Shown piece by piece: positions 40,501-55,500 of a DNA stretch of 64,000 nucleotides (its first letter is position 1; every line of letters begins with the position of its first letter). The stretch comes from Antedon mediterranea (lineage: Eukaryota > Animalia > Echinodermata): the NCBI RefSeq assembly GCF_964355755.1, contig NC_092672.1, positions 27,906,437 to 27,970,436 of the forward strand. Reading direction: 5' to 3'. The notes under the pieces were generated by a model. It was not told the origin of the DNA. It did not search any database and was given only the letters and a program-made list of their open reading frames with translations. The translations under genes and the position numbers were made by a program.

Positions 40501-43500
40501 TATTGTGTGGTCAGTTTTTTGTAAGCAAATGCTTGATCTAGTAGTAAAAACTGGACCATACTATTCAACTCGGTCTAGATGCTGTACATTTACATGACAT
40601 GCTCCACTCTAAGGTTGACAGTAGCAAGCTTTCATTTCGAAGTGGTAACTTAACAGACCATGGAATGTTTATTCCATTTACACACAACCGTCATATTCTG
40701 TGAATTAGTTTCATTCATTACCGTCCTGAAACCTGCCAATAGGAAGCTTTTGATTTGCGACGCCCAACGCATGTATGTTAGTTGTTGCATTTTTATTCTC
40801 TCAACAGTTTTTATGGTTTCTCGATTCAGACGACAACCAATAACCCATCAAACCATCTAACCTAGTTAGGTCGTCAGTCATCACAAACCGAAAGCAATTC
40901 CTATTATGTCAATGCAGACACTGTGCTCTTCATCAATCTACAGGTGCTGTAGGAACCAGTATGCAATGGTAAAACGCCATGCAAACACATTTTTAACATG
41001 TTACACAACAAGTCAATAGTCCTACCTTACAAATACAGTTTCCCTTGGAATCGACACTTGAATAGCCATCAGTGTTACAGAAGGCACCTGTAAAATTAAA
41101 TTAAATAAAATTGGCTTTCATTATTTTTTCTAAAGTAAAAGATAATATAATTACACTGATCAAATAGAATTCTAAATTTATTGAGATGAAGGAAATTAAA
41201 CTACTATCTTGAAGTAGATGTATTATTTTATATAACGTACAGAATGTCAGAGTGCGTTAGTGGAGATCAGTGGAGTAACGGCTATGAGTGCTCACTTGCT
41301 AAACCCAGGGCCCCGGAGCTTTTAGGGGCCCCATTGCCAAGTGGAAAAAAACAGGCATTAAAATATGTCGAAAATGCTAAAAACGTCCGAGGTCTCCAAC
41401 GTTGGAGAACCATTTACAATGGTGTGACATGCACGAGGCACAGCTGAGTGCATGTTTCACAAAATTGTGAATACCTGCGACACAATCAATGCCTAACCTA
41501 GGTGGCGAGCTCCCCGGCCTACCATGACAAGCACGGTCCCACCCTGCTCGGCAACCAATTCACAGCCTAGCAAAACAGTCGTGTACCAGAAATGACAAAT
41601 ACAAGTGATAAATGGTTCGTCCTCATAAATCGTACAGCATCTAGCGTGATCGGTAACCTGCCATACTATTTACACGACATGCTTTTTTGCACCATCCAAC
41701 TCATAAACATTCATTATTTGTATATTTATTTACACTATGCACACTGCCAAAATTAAATATGAAACAACAATGGAATTTCACAAACCTTTAAGACCACAGG
41801 AACTGCCAATTTCTACTGGATTGCCATCATAGAATTTGGCACATCTGGAAAATAATTACACAGTTTGTCATAAAAATACTGACTCAACATCTGACGTTTA
41901 ATTAACTCGTCAACTTCAATTGGCCAATCAGATAAGCTAGTTTAGTCATGCACTACTAAAGACATACTGTAGTCTGTTCAGCGTTTAAATGCATCTTATA
42001 TGAATCCTTTTATAAGTACTTTTACCAAGGAATTATTTATGTTATTGCCATTAAACATAACAAATAGTATATGTTTATGTAGTTGTAAATCATTTTAGGT
42101 TAGTCCTGGAGAGTCCTTGACATGTTTTATATTTGTTTTGGTTGAATATTTTTTTTTCTTTTAAAATTTAGAAAGTGCATTATACATATAGGCCTTAGAG
42201 ATAATATTGCCTTTCTGTCCTTAACACACCTTTCACATCGTCTGCCTTCATATCCTTGTGGACACCTGTCACATGTGGGTAGGCCATCTGTATCCAGGTA
42301 ACAAGTTCTTGAGAACCTATAAGAAAACAATATTAAACAATAAAAAACTTCTGTGTAATCAGCTATCAATAATTTAGCTGACTTAAGAAACCAGCGTGGC
42401 ATAAAACTATAAAAGGTCTGAAAATCTCACATTATTGGCAGAGGCTTGCATAGATAACTTACTGGTTAGATGCAATTTCAAGTGGACATGGACAAGGTCT
42501 GCAGTCGATGCCCATCAATGGGTCACCAAAGTAACCATCAGCACAGATGTCGCATCTTTCTCCAGCGGTGAAAAATCCGCAATTCTACAAATCATAAGAA
42601 CAAGCCTTTATTACAGTGGTCATCATCATTTTATATAAAATGATGTAAAAAATCTATTATCAAGGTTGTATGACCGATACTACTGTTAGCTTAACTTGAA
42701 ATACTGAATATAACAGTAAGCAGAGTAAGTGTTAGCTTAGAAACACAGAAATCCCAAGTCTCCTGATAATATCAGGAGTTTTTCGATATTTTGATCATTC
42801 TCTTAAGCTCTGTCTGCACTATCAAACTAGTTGATGTGCCCAAATATGGTAGTGATATGCCCAAATATGGTAGTGATATGACATCATCATTTCCATATAT
42901 GGGCACATCTCTTTTTTTTGTCACATAAAGTTTGATAGTGTAGACAGAGCTAGACAGGTTGTAGGTGTCACCTGCCATTTTAGTAATACACTTAATTACA
43001 CCCACTTACTCCTGAGGATAATCAAAGCATTGATCAAAACATCAAGAAACTCAACTGTTCTTTTCAGAACTAAAATATGCGGTGTACCGCAAACTTCTTT
43101 CCATTTACATAAACACAAGAAATTAAACATATCATGGCATGAATTGAAATCACAGTATTATTCCTTAATATGCCCATATGGACAGGATGACATCTTTCCC
43201 TACTATATTTGGCCACATCACTATTTTTTTTGTCAAACTAGTTTGATAGTGTAGACAGAGCTTAAGAGAATGATCAAAATATCGAAAAACTCCTGATATT
43301 ATCAGGAGACTTGGGATTTCTGTGTTTCTAAGCTAACACTTACTCTGCAAGCACCAGTCTCAGGGTGGCAATCATTAGTGTTGCTATTGCATCGTCTTGA
43401 ACATTCTGTACACGTGCCTATGTACTGGTTACCAGCTGCATTTCTGTAATAACCTGGACCACATCGCTAAAATAACAAAAATGTTTTAATAAAATGTTTA

Positions 43501-46500
43501 GTTTTAAACATAAGTTGCACTTATACCTTGTTTCCCTAATTGCATCATCCATTGTTTATATAGGCTTACTTATTATGTTTTAATTATGCATATCATGTTA
43601 TATTATTTATTGATATAATTGTAGGTTCCCACGCTAAAAGCTACTAAGCTTACAGTGGGTACCAATTTCACTCAAACCAATATGTTAATATTTATTTATC
43701 TATATACTTTTTTTTTCTGTTGTGGTGAAATTAAAATTTGAATTGAATTGAATAATAGTTAAGATGTTTTAAGCTAATATTCGTAACAGTAACATTAACA
43801 TCAACAATACACTGGCATATGTAACACAGACAAAATAGCAGCATATTGTAGTTCCACCACTAAAATGGGAAATTTGGGTTTTATTTATGACATTTTATTA
43901 CGATTAATTATTTATTTATAATAATTAATGTCATTTATAATAATATATATATTTTTTATCCTAATGTATCAGAAAAATAAGTATAGAAACACATTTCATA
44001 CCTCACATGATAATCCCATGTAACCAATAGGACACTGACAATCTTCTATTAGGAATGCACGTTGGAGACCAGTATTCGAGTTTACTGAAGTGCCCATAGA
44101 AACAGCATATAATCTAGGGAAAAACAGACATTTTCAGAAATTGATGTTATTTTTCGACTACAATGGCGTCACATGATATCGAGCACCCTTGGAAAGATTG
44201 ACTGGTTTTCTGTAGTTTTGTTAGTTTGTATCGCAGATCAAATCAGTAAAATGTTATTGTCTTATATTGGGAAATGCATTCGGTTGTGGTAGACAAATAT
44301 CACTTCATCACTAATTAAACTAGAAAGACACTCCGAGAGTGCATACCTCCGCCTACTGTAAAATTCTCCTACATAAGATTTCTCCGGTAAAAAAGAAATA
44401 TATATATATTTGTGTGTGCCTGGCTAATTCAACTACAAGCATGTGTATGCGAGTTTGGTGTAATGGTTATGTAACAAGCCTTTCAATTAACAATAGCTTC
44501 AGTTGACTACTGTAACAATAGAACAGCAACGCGAAAATCAAACAAGTGAATTTGAAAAGAAATAGGTTTTTTAAACTACTCGCATAAAAAAACGTACACA
44601 TTAAATCAAATTATATTTTGAATTTACAAATCACAAGTTATACTCTAGCCTCTTGTACAAAAATGAAGTTTTTTGGACAAGTAGTTCTCGAGAAAATGCA
44701 ATTTTAGTTTATTTGTTACTTTAAGACTGCTCGCCGGCTTTTTGGAAAATTCTGTCCTATCTTTTAACACTAGCAGGTCTGAATAGTATACTAAAAAAGT
44801 GGTCCAGAATTGGGACCATGGTCCCAAAATTTAATGAAATGGTCCTTGACCACATATCTATCCGTATATTCATTTTGGTAAAGATCTTGTAATTACTTTT
44901 TGAGTAATCCTGCTAACAAACAAACAAACAAACAGACAAACAAACCCACGCGATCAATTACATATACCTCCTTGGCGGAGGTAAATTAATGAAACCAGTG
45001 ACGACGCCTGCTGATACAAGTTGTGTTAGCAAATAGCAACAGTTCTCAGATATGGGTGAAGCATTGAATTACAGAGGTATATCGATATTCATACCATATT
45101 ATGGTGTACAATCGTAACATAATTTGCTTTGGTTTTTATTTTTTTACTTTATTAAAACTACAAAATGGCCTATTCAAAGTCTGAATTTAGTAATCTTCAT
45201 TTTTCATGTTTTTGGGGATCTTTAAACATGTAACTTACATAAAGTCCCTGGTGTTCCTGTCGTACAAAGACTGCAGTTGAAAATCACGGATGTTCTGGAG
45301 AACCAACATAAACTCCGCTCTAGACACAGGAGTAACCTTAGGAGGGCCTTCTGGATCACTGGGGTTGGTGGACAAACGAACCCAGCCAGCCTAATAGAAA
45401 AAGTATTGAAGTTTAAGTGAAGTTTGTATATATCTTTTGTATTGGTATCTTTATAATCATTTTATCTGAAATCATTCAGTGAATCTCTGGTATAGTTCTG
45501 TAGTTTCAATGCGCTGTGGACTATATAGATGTTGCACTTTTCAAGCGCATGCTTCTTCCCTAAGGGTCATGTCACGTCAGTGCTGCAAAGCTTGTTAAAC
45601 GACAAACATTTATATAGCAAGTGCACACTCTAGTGTTTGGGGCAGTAGAAAAAAAACCTATATTTTTGCCATTGAGTTCCTTCTATTTCCTATACACATA
45701 AATAGGGAACCAGAAGGATAGATCTGGCTGTATTAACATGTTTACAAATTTGACCCACTTACCTCCCACATTCGTATTCTTCTGTCGATAATAGCTTCTT
45801 TTTGAGCCGGGACAGGGTCTTTGTAAGCCAGCACAATATCGCCACTCTATAAAATAGAAATTCGAATTTGGATAACAATAGTGATCTATTGTTGTTTATC
45901 ACCGCTAGACTTATTTTTTAATATAGCATGCTTAAAAGGCATTCTGGGTTTTAAATATATCATTTATTTACTACATAAAAACTAGAAAAAAAATTACATA
46001 ATACATTTCAGGGTAAATTCATGGAAAGTATGTTTTTCAGCAGCTTGGGGAAACTCATTGGCTATGTATGCTCTTTAATATTCATGAGAATATTCACAAT
46101 TTCAGCAGTCAAACTCAGACTTTCTAATTGTTCGTTATCATATAAATATGTTGAAAAGTAGGCCTTATACTTTACCTTCATAATGACATCATAAACATCA
46201 TTCCTAAAGTCTCTCGTATTATCATTATTAATGTACCGGAACGAGTAACTCAAATAGCTGCCATAACTTGTAAGCTGTAAAGAAAAGAATTCTAATATTA
46301 CAATGATCTATACTAGAAATAAGCCGGTTTGTATTACACAACAATTTATTTCAAATATAATATAATCGGTGATAGTGAGTATTTAAAAGAATACACAATT
46401 AAAATTATCATACTATAATTCTTTTATTCGATTTTCGTTCATATCAACTTTTAACAAGCAACAAATTGGCCTAATAGGCTAGGGAAACAACATTCTAGAT

Positions 46501-49500
46501 CTCCACAAGGTTAAATTGGTTTAGGCCCTCCACGCATGGCAGCCAGTAGTGCAGCTCCTACCAGATCAGCACATCAGAAAAAAATTATACCCTACTCTTT
46601 TTCGAATAGTGTACCAATTCTTTAACATGCACTATATGCACACGGGACCAACGGCTTTACATCCCATCTGAAGGACGAGGAAATTATCGAGTAAAAAGCA
46701 TCTTGCCTAATGATACAATCAGTATGGTACGGATAGGCTCAAACCCATGCTAGTCCAATATTATCATTACACCATCACTTTACACACCTGGTTACCAGTG
46801 AAAAGACTTGGCAGAAACCAGTAGAGATCTCCTCCAGGGACTCTATAAAGCTCACGGCCAGCAATTGACTTGCTTTGTGAGTACACTTGCACATATGCTG
46901 ACATAGATGTTTGATTACCATCCTTCTCATGGATTAACTGGACACCAAATGTGTCGTCTTGAATGTCAAATGGAATTGTAATCTGCAATAAATGTATTTA
47001 AAAAAGATAAGAGTAATGACGAACCGTGTTGTAACTATAAGTTTGTTTGAACTATGTTGAATGTTAAACCAATGTCACTAGAAGTTTGGTTGAACCATGT
47101 TGGATGTTAAACCCATGTCCCCAGAAGTTTGAGTAAACCAAGTTGAATGTTAAACCCTTGTCCCTAGAAGTTTGGTTGAACCATGTTGGATGTTAAACCC
47201 ATGTCCCTAGAAGTTTGGTTGAACCATGTTGGATGTTAAACCAATGTCCCTATAAGTTTGGTTGAACCATGTTGGATGTTAAAACCATGTCACTAGAAGT
47301 TTGGTTAAACCATGTTGGATGTTAAACCCATGTCCCTAGAAGTTTGGTTGAACCATGTTGGATGTTAAACCCATGTCCCTAGAAGTTTGGTTGAACCATG
47401 TTGGATGTTAAACCCATGTCACTAGAAGTTTGGTTGAACCATGAAGGATACTAAACCCATGTCAGTACAATCAAAGGTCAAGGAATTTATTTTGGTGTGT
47501 TATAAAACCAAATATCTTACTTCCGATTCATAGTAACCACTGCTGTAGCATGTTGATGTAATTCCAAAACAGAAACAGTCAATACAATCATCAAGGATTT
47601 CAGCATTATCATTAAATGTTGGTTGCTGACAAATATCGGTTCCTCGGTCTGAAAATTCAATACAAAAATGTTTTAAATATTATATAGTTTACAATGTATC
47701 TATATAATAACCACAAACACAAAATGTGTTACTCTATTTCCTCCTAAACAACATGACTGATACTCTTGTCATTCAATGTGTGGCCAGTTTTAATTTCTTT
47801 TCAGGCTACTGTTTGTTGGAACAGAACTATTTTGAGTTAATTAATTTATAGAGTTAATCTCTTGCATAGGAAAATTTGTTTTCACTAATATATAATGACA
47901 AAATGTGAAGCCAATTTGACTATTTGTTTGCTTTGAGTTTTTTCAGGTTAATAATTTTCAATTCAATTTTTTGGTCAAAGTAGATACAATGATGATACAA
48001 ATAAATGTTTAAGAATTTTTTTTTAGGGGAAAAATATATCTTTAAGAGGATGTCAGAGATCTGTAAGAAACTTACCAAGAACAATAATGATAGCATCTGG
48101 AACTGCTAAGATACTGTCTTTAACGTTTGTAGCCTCACATGTGTAGGCTCCTTGGTCTGTTTTACGTGCATCTGTGATGGTCAGTACACCGTTGCCTTGC
48201 ACGCTAGTAGTTGTGATCTAAAGAATGAAAAATATTGTAAGAAACAAATATCCCTAGAAGACATAAACCTATGTTGTCGAGCGAGTGAGTGGCCGAGCGG
48301 TTAAGACAGTGGAACCGTAATCACGTAGCCATAACATCGGCAGGGGTTCGAGGCTCACTCACTCCATGGTTCTGGTGGTAGAACGAGTCTTCTCGGATAA
48401 GGACTATAAACCGTAGGTCCAGTGTACACAACTTTCTTGTGTGCACTTTAAAGAACCTAGTACATCTTTCGAGACGAGTAGGGGTATACCCCGGTGTACT
48501 AGTACATCACAGCCACTGATCACCAACTGGGCCCTCTGGGAGATCAGTCTTTGACTGAAGAGGTCACCCAGTATAAAGATAAAACAAACAAACAAACAAA
48601 CAAGACCTGTAAACATTGACAATAATAGGGGAGCATCAAAACATTTTGAAACTCAATAGCTGTGTGTACACGGTCTTTAAGTTAAACTGCGGTCTATCAG
48701 ATTTAAACTATAGAGTAAAATTGGATCTATCTGAGTTAATTGCTATCTATCAGAGTTAAATTGCAGTATATCAGAGTTAAATTGCGGTATATCAGTGATT
48801 GAGGCAAAAACAAGATTTAATAAAATATGGTGATTGAGATGGTGAAGCGATTCCTTACCCTATATGAATCGGGTAGACTTCCCCAATTAAGACGCCATGT
48901 AATGTGTGGGTAAGGTATTCCTTCTGCTACACAAATTAGTGTAATGGTGTCACCGACATAGTAGGTTTTCCGAGGAGTTGGAGGTTTTATGATGACCGGT
49001 GCAGCTAAAATAAAGAAAAGAACAAACTTGGTTCTTATAGTAAACACTATTTGTAATGGAGCTGTAGCTTGGTGGTTAATGTGCCAGCCTTCCAATCTCA
49101 AGGTCCATGGTTCAATCCTGACCTAGTGCCAGGGTTGTAACTCGCGACTCATTTAACTCCACTCCCTAAGCCTCAAATGATACTTAGTTTATAAGAATGA
49201 TCCTGTAATTGGCGAGTTACTCGCTGTTGAATGCGCATGAAATAACAAAAAAGGGAGGACTTGAATCATTGTCACACCTACACTAGTTATAAATTAACCT
49301 TTTAAAAAGAGCATAAGGTTTCACAGCACACATTTGGCACTGATAATCTTTCATTACAATCATAGTTTCAACTTACCGCACCCAATTTCATCCGATCGGT
49401 CAATACAGTCCATCTCATCATCGCATCTATATGCTTTTGGGATACACTCTTTTGAATTAAGACACTGGTATTCTTGTGCACTGCAAGCATCGTTAGGTGA

Positions 49501-52500
49501 ACCAGTAGCTATTGAATATACATATAATAACTTAATTGAAATAATCACTTGAGCAATGGTAAAGCTATGGTATGCAACTAAACCATAGACTACTTAGGAA
49601 AAAAACATATGCTGGCGTAATCCGACCAAACAATGCAATAACCTAGACCAATAATGCAACATATTAAGTAAATATTCTGGGATAGAGGCCCTATATATAT
49701 GAATATATTCACAGTGTGGGGACAGAAATTCATGCGAGCATTTTTGGTTTTACAATATTATTAATCTCATCATTTTAGTCATTTCAATAGAATTACGAAT
49801 TTTAATTTACGTACGACAATTTATTTCATCAGAGCCATCCGTGCAATCGGTGTCTCCATCACATCGCCAAATCTTCAATGCACAGAAGCCGTTATTGCAC
49901 TGAAACTCATTGGGTTCGCATCTGTCACCACCTTAGAGGAATTAAAAATCATTTTAGTATTACTAATCCTAAGCATGTTTTCCATTTAAAGCGCATTCAT
50001 TCGCACAAATCCAATGATAAAAGAACGCTACCCTGTCCACTATTATAGATGTGATTTTGATTTTCATTTCCATTGCGTGTCTGCTGCGATTTTTTCTTTG
50101 CAGTAGCAACTATTACTATTCCAATTTCACTTAAGTGAAAACTCAAGAAACCAAAATTAATCTCCAAAAGGGATTTGGAAGATGGAAACATAAATATGCA
50201 TGTGTATAAGATGACACTTTTGATTTGTGTAAACATAAATGCCTAGTAGCAAAAACATATTTTAAATTCTTACACCATCCATCCTAATTTCAACACAGTC
50301 TCAATCAAAGAAGATTGGCTATTTTTTTTCACTACCTTAACTTTTGAAAACCCACCCTAGAATTCTGTCTAACATTACCTCCACAACCAATTTCATCAGA
50401 GTTATCTGCGCAATCTGTATCCCCGTCACAAACAAAACTTCTCTGTATACATTGTCCATTGTTACAAGTGGCCTGCCCTTCACGACATGGAAAAATTGGT
50501 GGCTGAATGGTAGTTGACGGGGGCAATGTTGTTATTACTGAAAAAGAAAATTTTAATTAAATTTAAAATGATTGTGTATCATCACCATCATCCTCTTGTC
50601 TTGCGGCAATCTTTTATACTTTTATGTTATAATCGTTTCATGTATTTTTTTTTGTCTTAATGTAATATGTTCATACCATTGTAGTCTTGATTATTCTCAG
50701 TGTTTTTGATTTGTGGCTTTGGTGTATGTCTATTTATATTGTGTATAAAAAGTAATTTTTTGTTTCATGTTAGCGAATATGGTCTAAAGACTGGTTGTCG
50801 CTATGGAATAGAACTTATTTATTATTTATTTGTTTCATTTTTTTACTTTTATTTACAAAAAACACATCTTGAATTTTGTAGGTTCAGGAATGGGTCTAGA
50901 AAAGACGATACATCAATACATAGGTTGTCAAAAAATACACAAATGTCTCCCAGCACACATCTCGTACTACATTTGAACCCTGATATAATATAGAATACAT
51001 AGAGACAACTCAGGTGTGTAAAAGTTAAAATTACACAAATACAAGAATATATTGACTTGGAAAGTTAACAAAACAAAAATATTTCTCATTCTCAATAAGC
51101 TACATATTTTACAAGAATTTAACAAATTTGCCATATTATATTTGTTAAATGTGCCTTTGACTAAATAATAACACAGCATTGTTCTAATACGTACCCCTAG
51201 GGTGAAGTCTGGGTTAAGTAGGCTACCTTAAGGTCAACGCAAAAAGAGGTTATCGACGTGTAAAATTAAATGTTTTTCAGTTAAATTTACACTCGCAGTA
51301 TGCATTTTGCAAATTTATTGAATATATTTTTTTGTATTTTATAATAAATATCTACATCCTTTTTACTTTAATTCCTAATTTTGCTTTTTATTCTAATAAA
51401 ACATAAAGCATGCCACTAAACTCGACCTAATTTTAGAATGGGGTTCAACCTACTACTGGTGGTTTTTTTGCTATGAGCACACTGACACCGACAAAAAACA
51501 AATTTAAAGCTCCTAACATCAAACTTGTCCCAATTCATTTTCAATGTTTCAAGGGATGAGATCCCAAATTGACCCAGTTTACTACAATTTGGTCTTCTAG
51601 TGTAAAGTTCACCCATAAAACATAACCAAATTATGTTCAGGTGTGTAGGAATTCTGAACTCAGGTTACATATTCTAACTTGTGTTGGAACTTTGCTAACT
51701 ACAGTAAGACCTAGTATGGCTAACACGCCCAACAAGCCTGTATGTATGGTCTGCGGAGAAGGTGGACTGTCTTCGCTTTTAACTCAAAATAACCGTCACG
51801 CTCTGTTAATTACGTCTTCTTCATTTAACGCCCGATGCGAAAGCTCCTAATGTGAATTTGTCTACTGGCCAACACTGACTTCCCCTGCTTAACTTCTTAA
51901 AATAACCTGATTTTAGAAGGGTAACTTTCTAGAGATATAAAATATGAAATTTACACCCTAAAAAGTTTATTCCAAATCCTATAACTTTTGTTATTATTCA
52001 AACTACAGTAAACAAACTCTGGAAATATTAAACAAAGAAACACAAACGTTAGTGTTAATTACTGTGTGTAGGGACTCTTTGTAACCCTGCTAAGTGGGAG
52101 GTGTACATAAGCGTAACTGAGTGAAGTCACCTGTGATTGTATCAGAGACAGTATTCTGAATAAGATACAGTTTATAATAACTTTATTTATTCATGAATGG
52201 TTCATTCAGTCACACATGGTCCGTTTCTACATGATATGTTTTAAGGCCTGTTTATACTGTGATGATAACAATGGACGATAGATAAATATACATTTTCCCT
52301 ACAAAAAAAACAATAGTTTTCTAATCCTAGAACGAATATTTTATTTATATATTATCAAACATTAGCTGTAAGTGGGAACTTTGTTCTTGTTATGTTTTAT
52401 TTTTGCACAAATAAAAAAAAATATATAGGATAAGTCTTTGATGAAAATAATATATAATAACCCTTATTTAACATTATTGGTGGTTATTGTCCTAGATGTT

Positions 52501-55500
52501 ATTATGGCATTACAGTATTTTTTAAAGCTGAAGCAAAAATGTACAAAACTCTCTAAAACTTCATTACTGAAAAGCAAGAAACGTATAAATGGTGATATTT
52601 TTTTCTGTTGGTTTGTGAGTGTTAAACCTAAAGTGTCATATTCAACCAAGTTAACTCAAGTGCCCATTGACATTTTCCCCAGGCGAAAGTCCTAGATTAG
52701 GCCAAAGAACTGAAAATAAAGGTATACCCTACAGAAAATCAAATACACTTAAATATGAATAACAGTAATTGCAATCCAGGGAGTATAAATAAATACACCT
52801 AAATTTAAAAGTAAACATTTATATGGTTCTTAATATCAAACAAGTGTACACTTTACTATCAATAGTTAGGCCCCTTTCGTGGTTTATGCACAATAAAGAC
52901 CAATGCACAATAATCATCTCAATCCATGGTCAATACATAGTTATTCAGAGAAAAGTTTCTCATTGTAGGCAGCCTGGACTTTTTTTGACAAAAGTCAATA
53001 AATAAACTTTACTTTCAACAATACATAGTTTATAGTTGTGTATCTAATTTCATAACTTAGATGTGCTTGGTATAGCCTGAGGAAGGCAGTTCTGTCAATT
53101 GATCACCCCCCTGTATTGTTGTAGGCACATAATAGCAAACATTTCAATGGGTTGATGCTATGATTGATATCATATTGTATTATGTTGTCAAGTGGTCAAT
53201 TTAGGGTTTAGAAAATTCAAATAGATAGATCAACTATTACTTTTAGTATATTAACTTAAGTTTAATGCAGTTCAATCTCCCCTGTGAAAGATTTTCACTG
53301 GGTGAGAGGGGAATACAGGCTCTTTAGGATTCAGTTTTGTTTTTGCATTTCCTGCCATTTAATAAATACTACTAATAATAACAAATACAAATACTTGTGG
53401 AATATTAATTAAAATGGGCATATTCTATTGAGCAAACTTTATGCACAACAATTAAATTAAATGATAAACAAGATTTTACTCAAAATACTCTGGAACTTAT
53501 TTTTTTAAAGATACTATCTAGTGCTAAAGAAAGTCCACAAGTACTACCAATTGCTTATACCATATGATATCTGGTCTTTTTTTTGGTTCAAATATTCAAA
53601 AGATGTGTTGCTATGGTATTTCCTACCTAGTATAAAAAAGATTGTTTGCATTTTCTTAAAATTTAAATGTTTGGCCTATGCCCTTGTGCCATTTTTTTAT
53701 ATTTCTATTTACATATATTTATATATGAACTCTTCGCCCACCAACAAAATGAAATTGTAAACAGTGATGTTTATGATCTTTAGTTAACAGAGAATAAAGT
53801 ATTGTTAAGAAACAAAAACCATTCCTCTCACATGCTAATATTTCTTGCTATATTTTTTATTTTTATTTTATTCAATTTTCAGGCACAACAATACATGACA
53901 ATACAGCGGTGCAGCACCCTGAGGATTGCCATGAGTGCAAAGCACTATCGAGATGGCTCTCTAAATACTGCACTAGAACATATAAGACAAACATATACAC
54001 AAGATGCTCTACATAGACAAAGACTTAATAATAAGTCTTTGTGGAATATTAATTACAAAGAATTACTGACAAAATTATACAAAATGATTATAAAGACAAA
54101 GACTTAATAATAAGTCTTTGTCTATGTAGAGGGAGTGGAGTTGTAAATTGTCATGAGAAAGAAACCCTTAGATTGGTAGCCAAGCATCATAACCACCAAG
54201 CCACAGCTCCACCATTGCTCAACCATTCCAACATTACAGTATAAAACCTCATGAACCACCTAAAACTATTTTTTCTGAGATAAACAAAAATCAAAAACAA
54301 CAACATAGCCATTTGCTTTTGGAATTTGGAAAGAGGATTTCTAAAAATGTATAAACCAGATATGTTTTTATATCTTGATAGTGCACCTGTCAAGTTACAT
54401 TTTGACATCAAAATGTTTGTGTTGATTACAACAGTAGAACACACATAAGGGCTTGTCTATTCATTCATTCATTCAATCTTTTATTTTCGGAAACTCTGGT
54501 CCATAGAAAGTAAATTACATATACAGTAAATGAAATAAATAAAATAAACAAAATTACTACCACCATCTCAGGATGGCATTCCATCTGGAGAGCATCTTCG
54601 ACTTAACTAAAACGTTGCTTATAATCGTTGAGATTAAAATATTTTTGCTTGCTTTAAGTCTACGATGCGATCACCTCTATTATGCGACATAAATTCAAGA
54701 ATAAGTGCTGTTATGAGTACCATATTAACCAAGCATAAGCTATAATTGCACGTCAGAAGAGTACTAAACCTTTTGTAATCTTTAAGTGGCAAGTCCGAAG
54801 GTGCAATTATTCAGTTCTCACTCCTGGACTTATTTAAAAGATAAATTCTAGTGTGTGTCATTTATACCATAATACAGTAGTCTAATTGTTGGATCTCTGT
54901 TTATATTATACACTGAGCTGTATCTTTCGGGCCTTAAAACATAATCATGTCAGAAACGGACCATGTGTGACTGAATGAACCATTCATGAATAAATAAAGT
55001 TATTATAAACTGTATCTTATTCAGAATACTGTCTCTGATACAATCACAGGTGACTTCACTCATATATATATATATATATACAGTATATTTCCAAAGGCAA
55101 ATTACTGACAAAATAACAATGCTGTGGGTATCAGTGGCTGGATCTCAATGGAGATACAAAATAAAAGCAAAAAGCTAAATCAAAACGAGAAGTAAAAAAG
55201 CCAGAAAAGTTAGCAAAGCTTTCAGGCAACACTAGCCCTTCATCAGTGCAAGTGAAGGAATTTGGATAACGTCATAGTATAAAGCTGGCAAGTGCTACCT
55301 GGGTGGACAGGAATAACAAAGGGCGACATACATATATATATATACAGTCAACTCTCCCAATACCGGACTCTCTGAAAACCAGAAACTCTCCCAATACCAG
55401 ACTTTTTTTGAGGACCAAAAGGTCCCAAATTTATATTTACCATTAAAAACACATTCCGAATACCAGAGTTTCCGGAAAACCAGACTTATTTGGCCGGCCC

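Larger units (their letters stand above)
42720..43348. repeat. 113-bp inverted repeat (42720-42832 / 43236-43348)
   Basis: Arms are reverse complements with one mismatch; the right arm includes the exon 43344 donor. Confidence 0.92.

Noticed and set aside
47038-47463. CRISPR-like regular array
   Set aside because: Head-to-tail units with no unique spacers, no cas genes, and a eukaryotic intron context.
51194-51962. Possible DNA transposon remnant (TAGGGTG...CACCCTA ends)
   Set aside because: The terminal match is short, with no clear TSD or second copy in the window.
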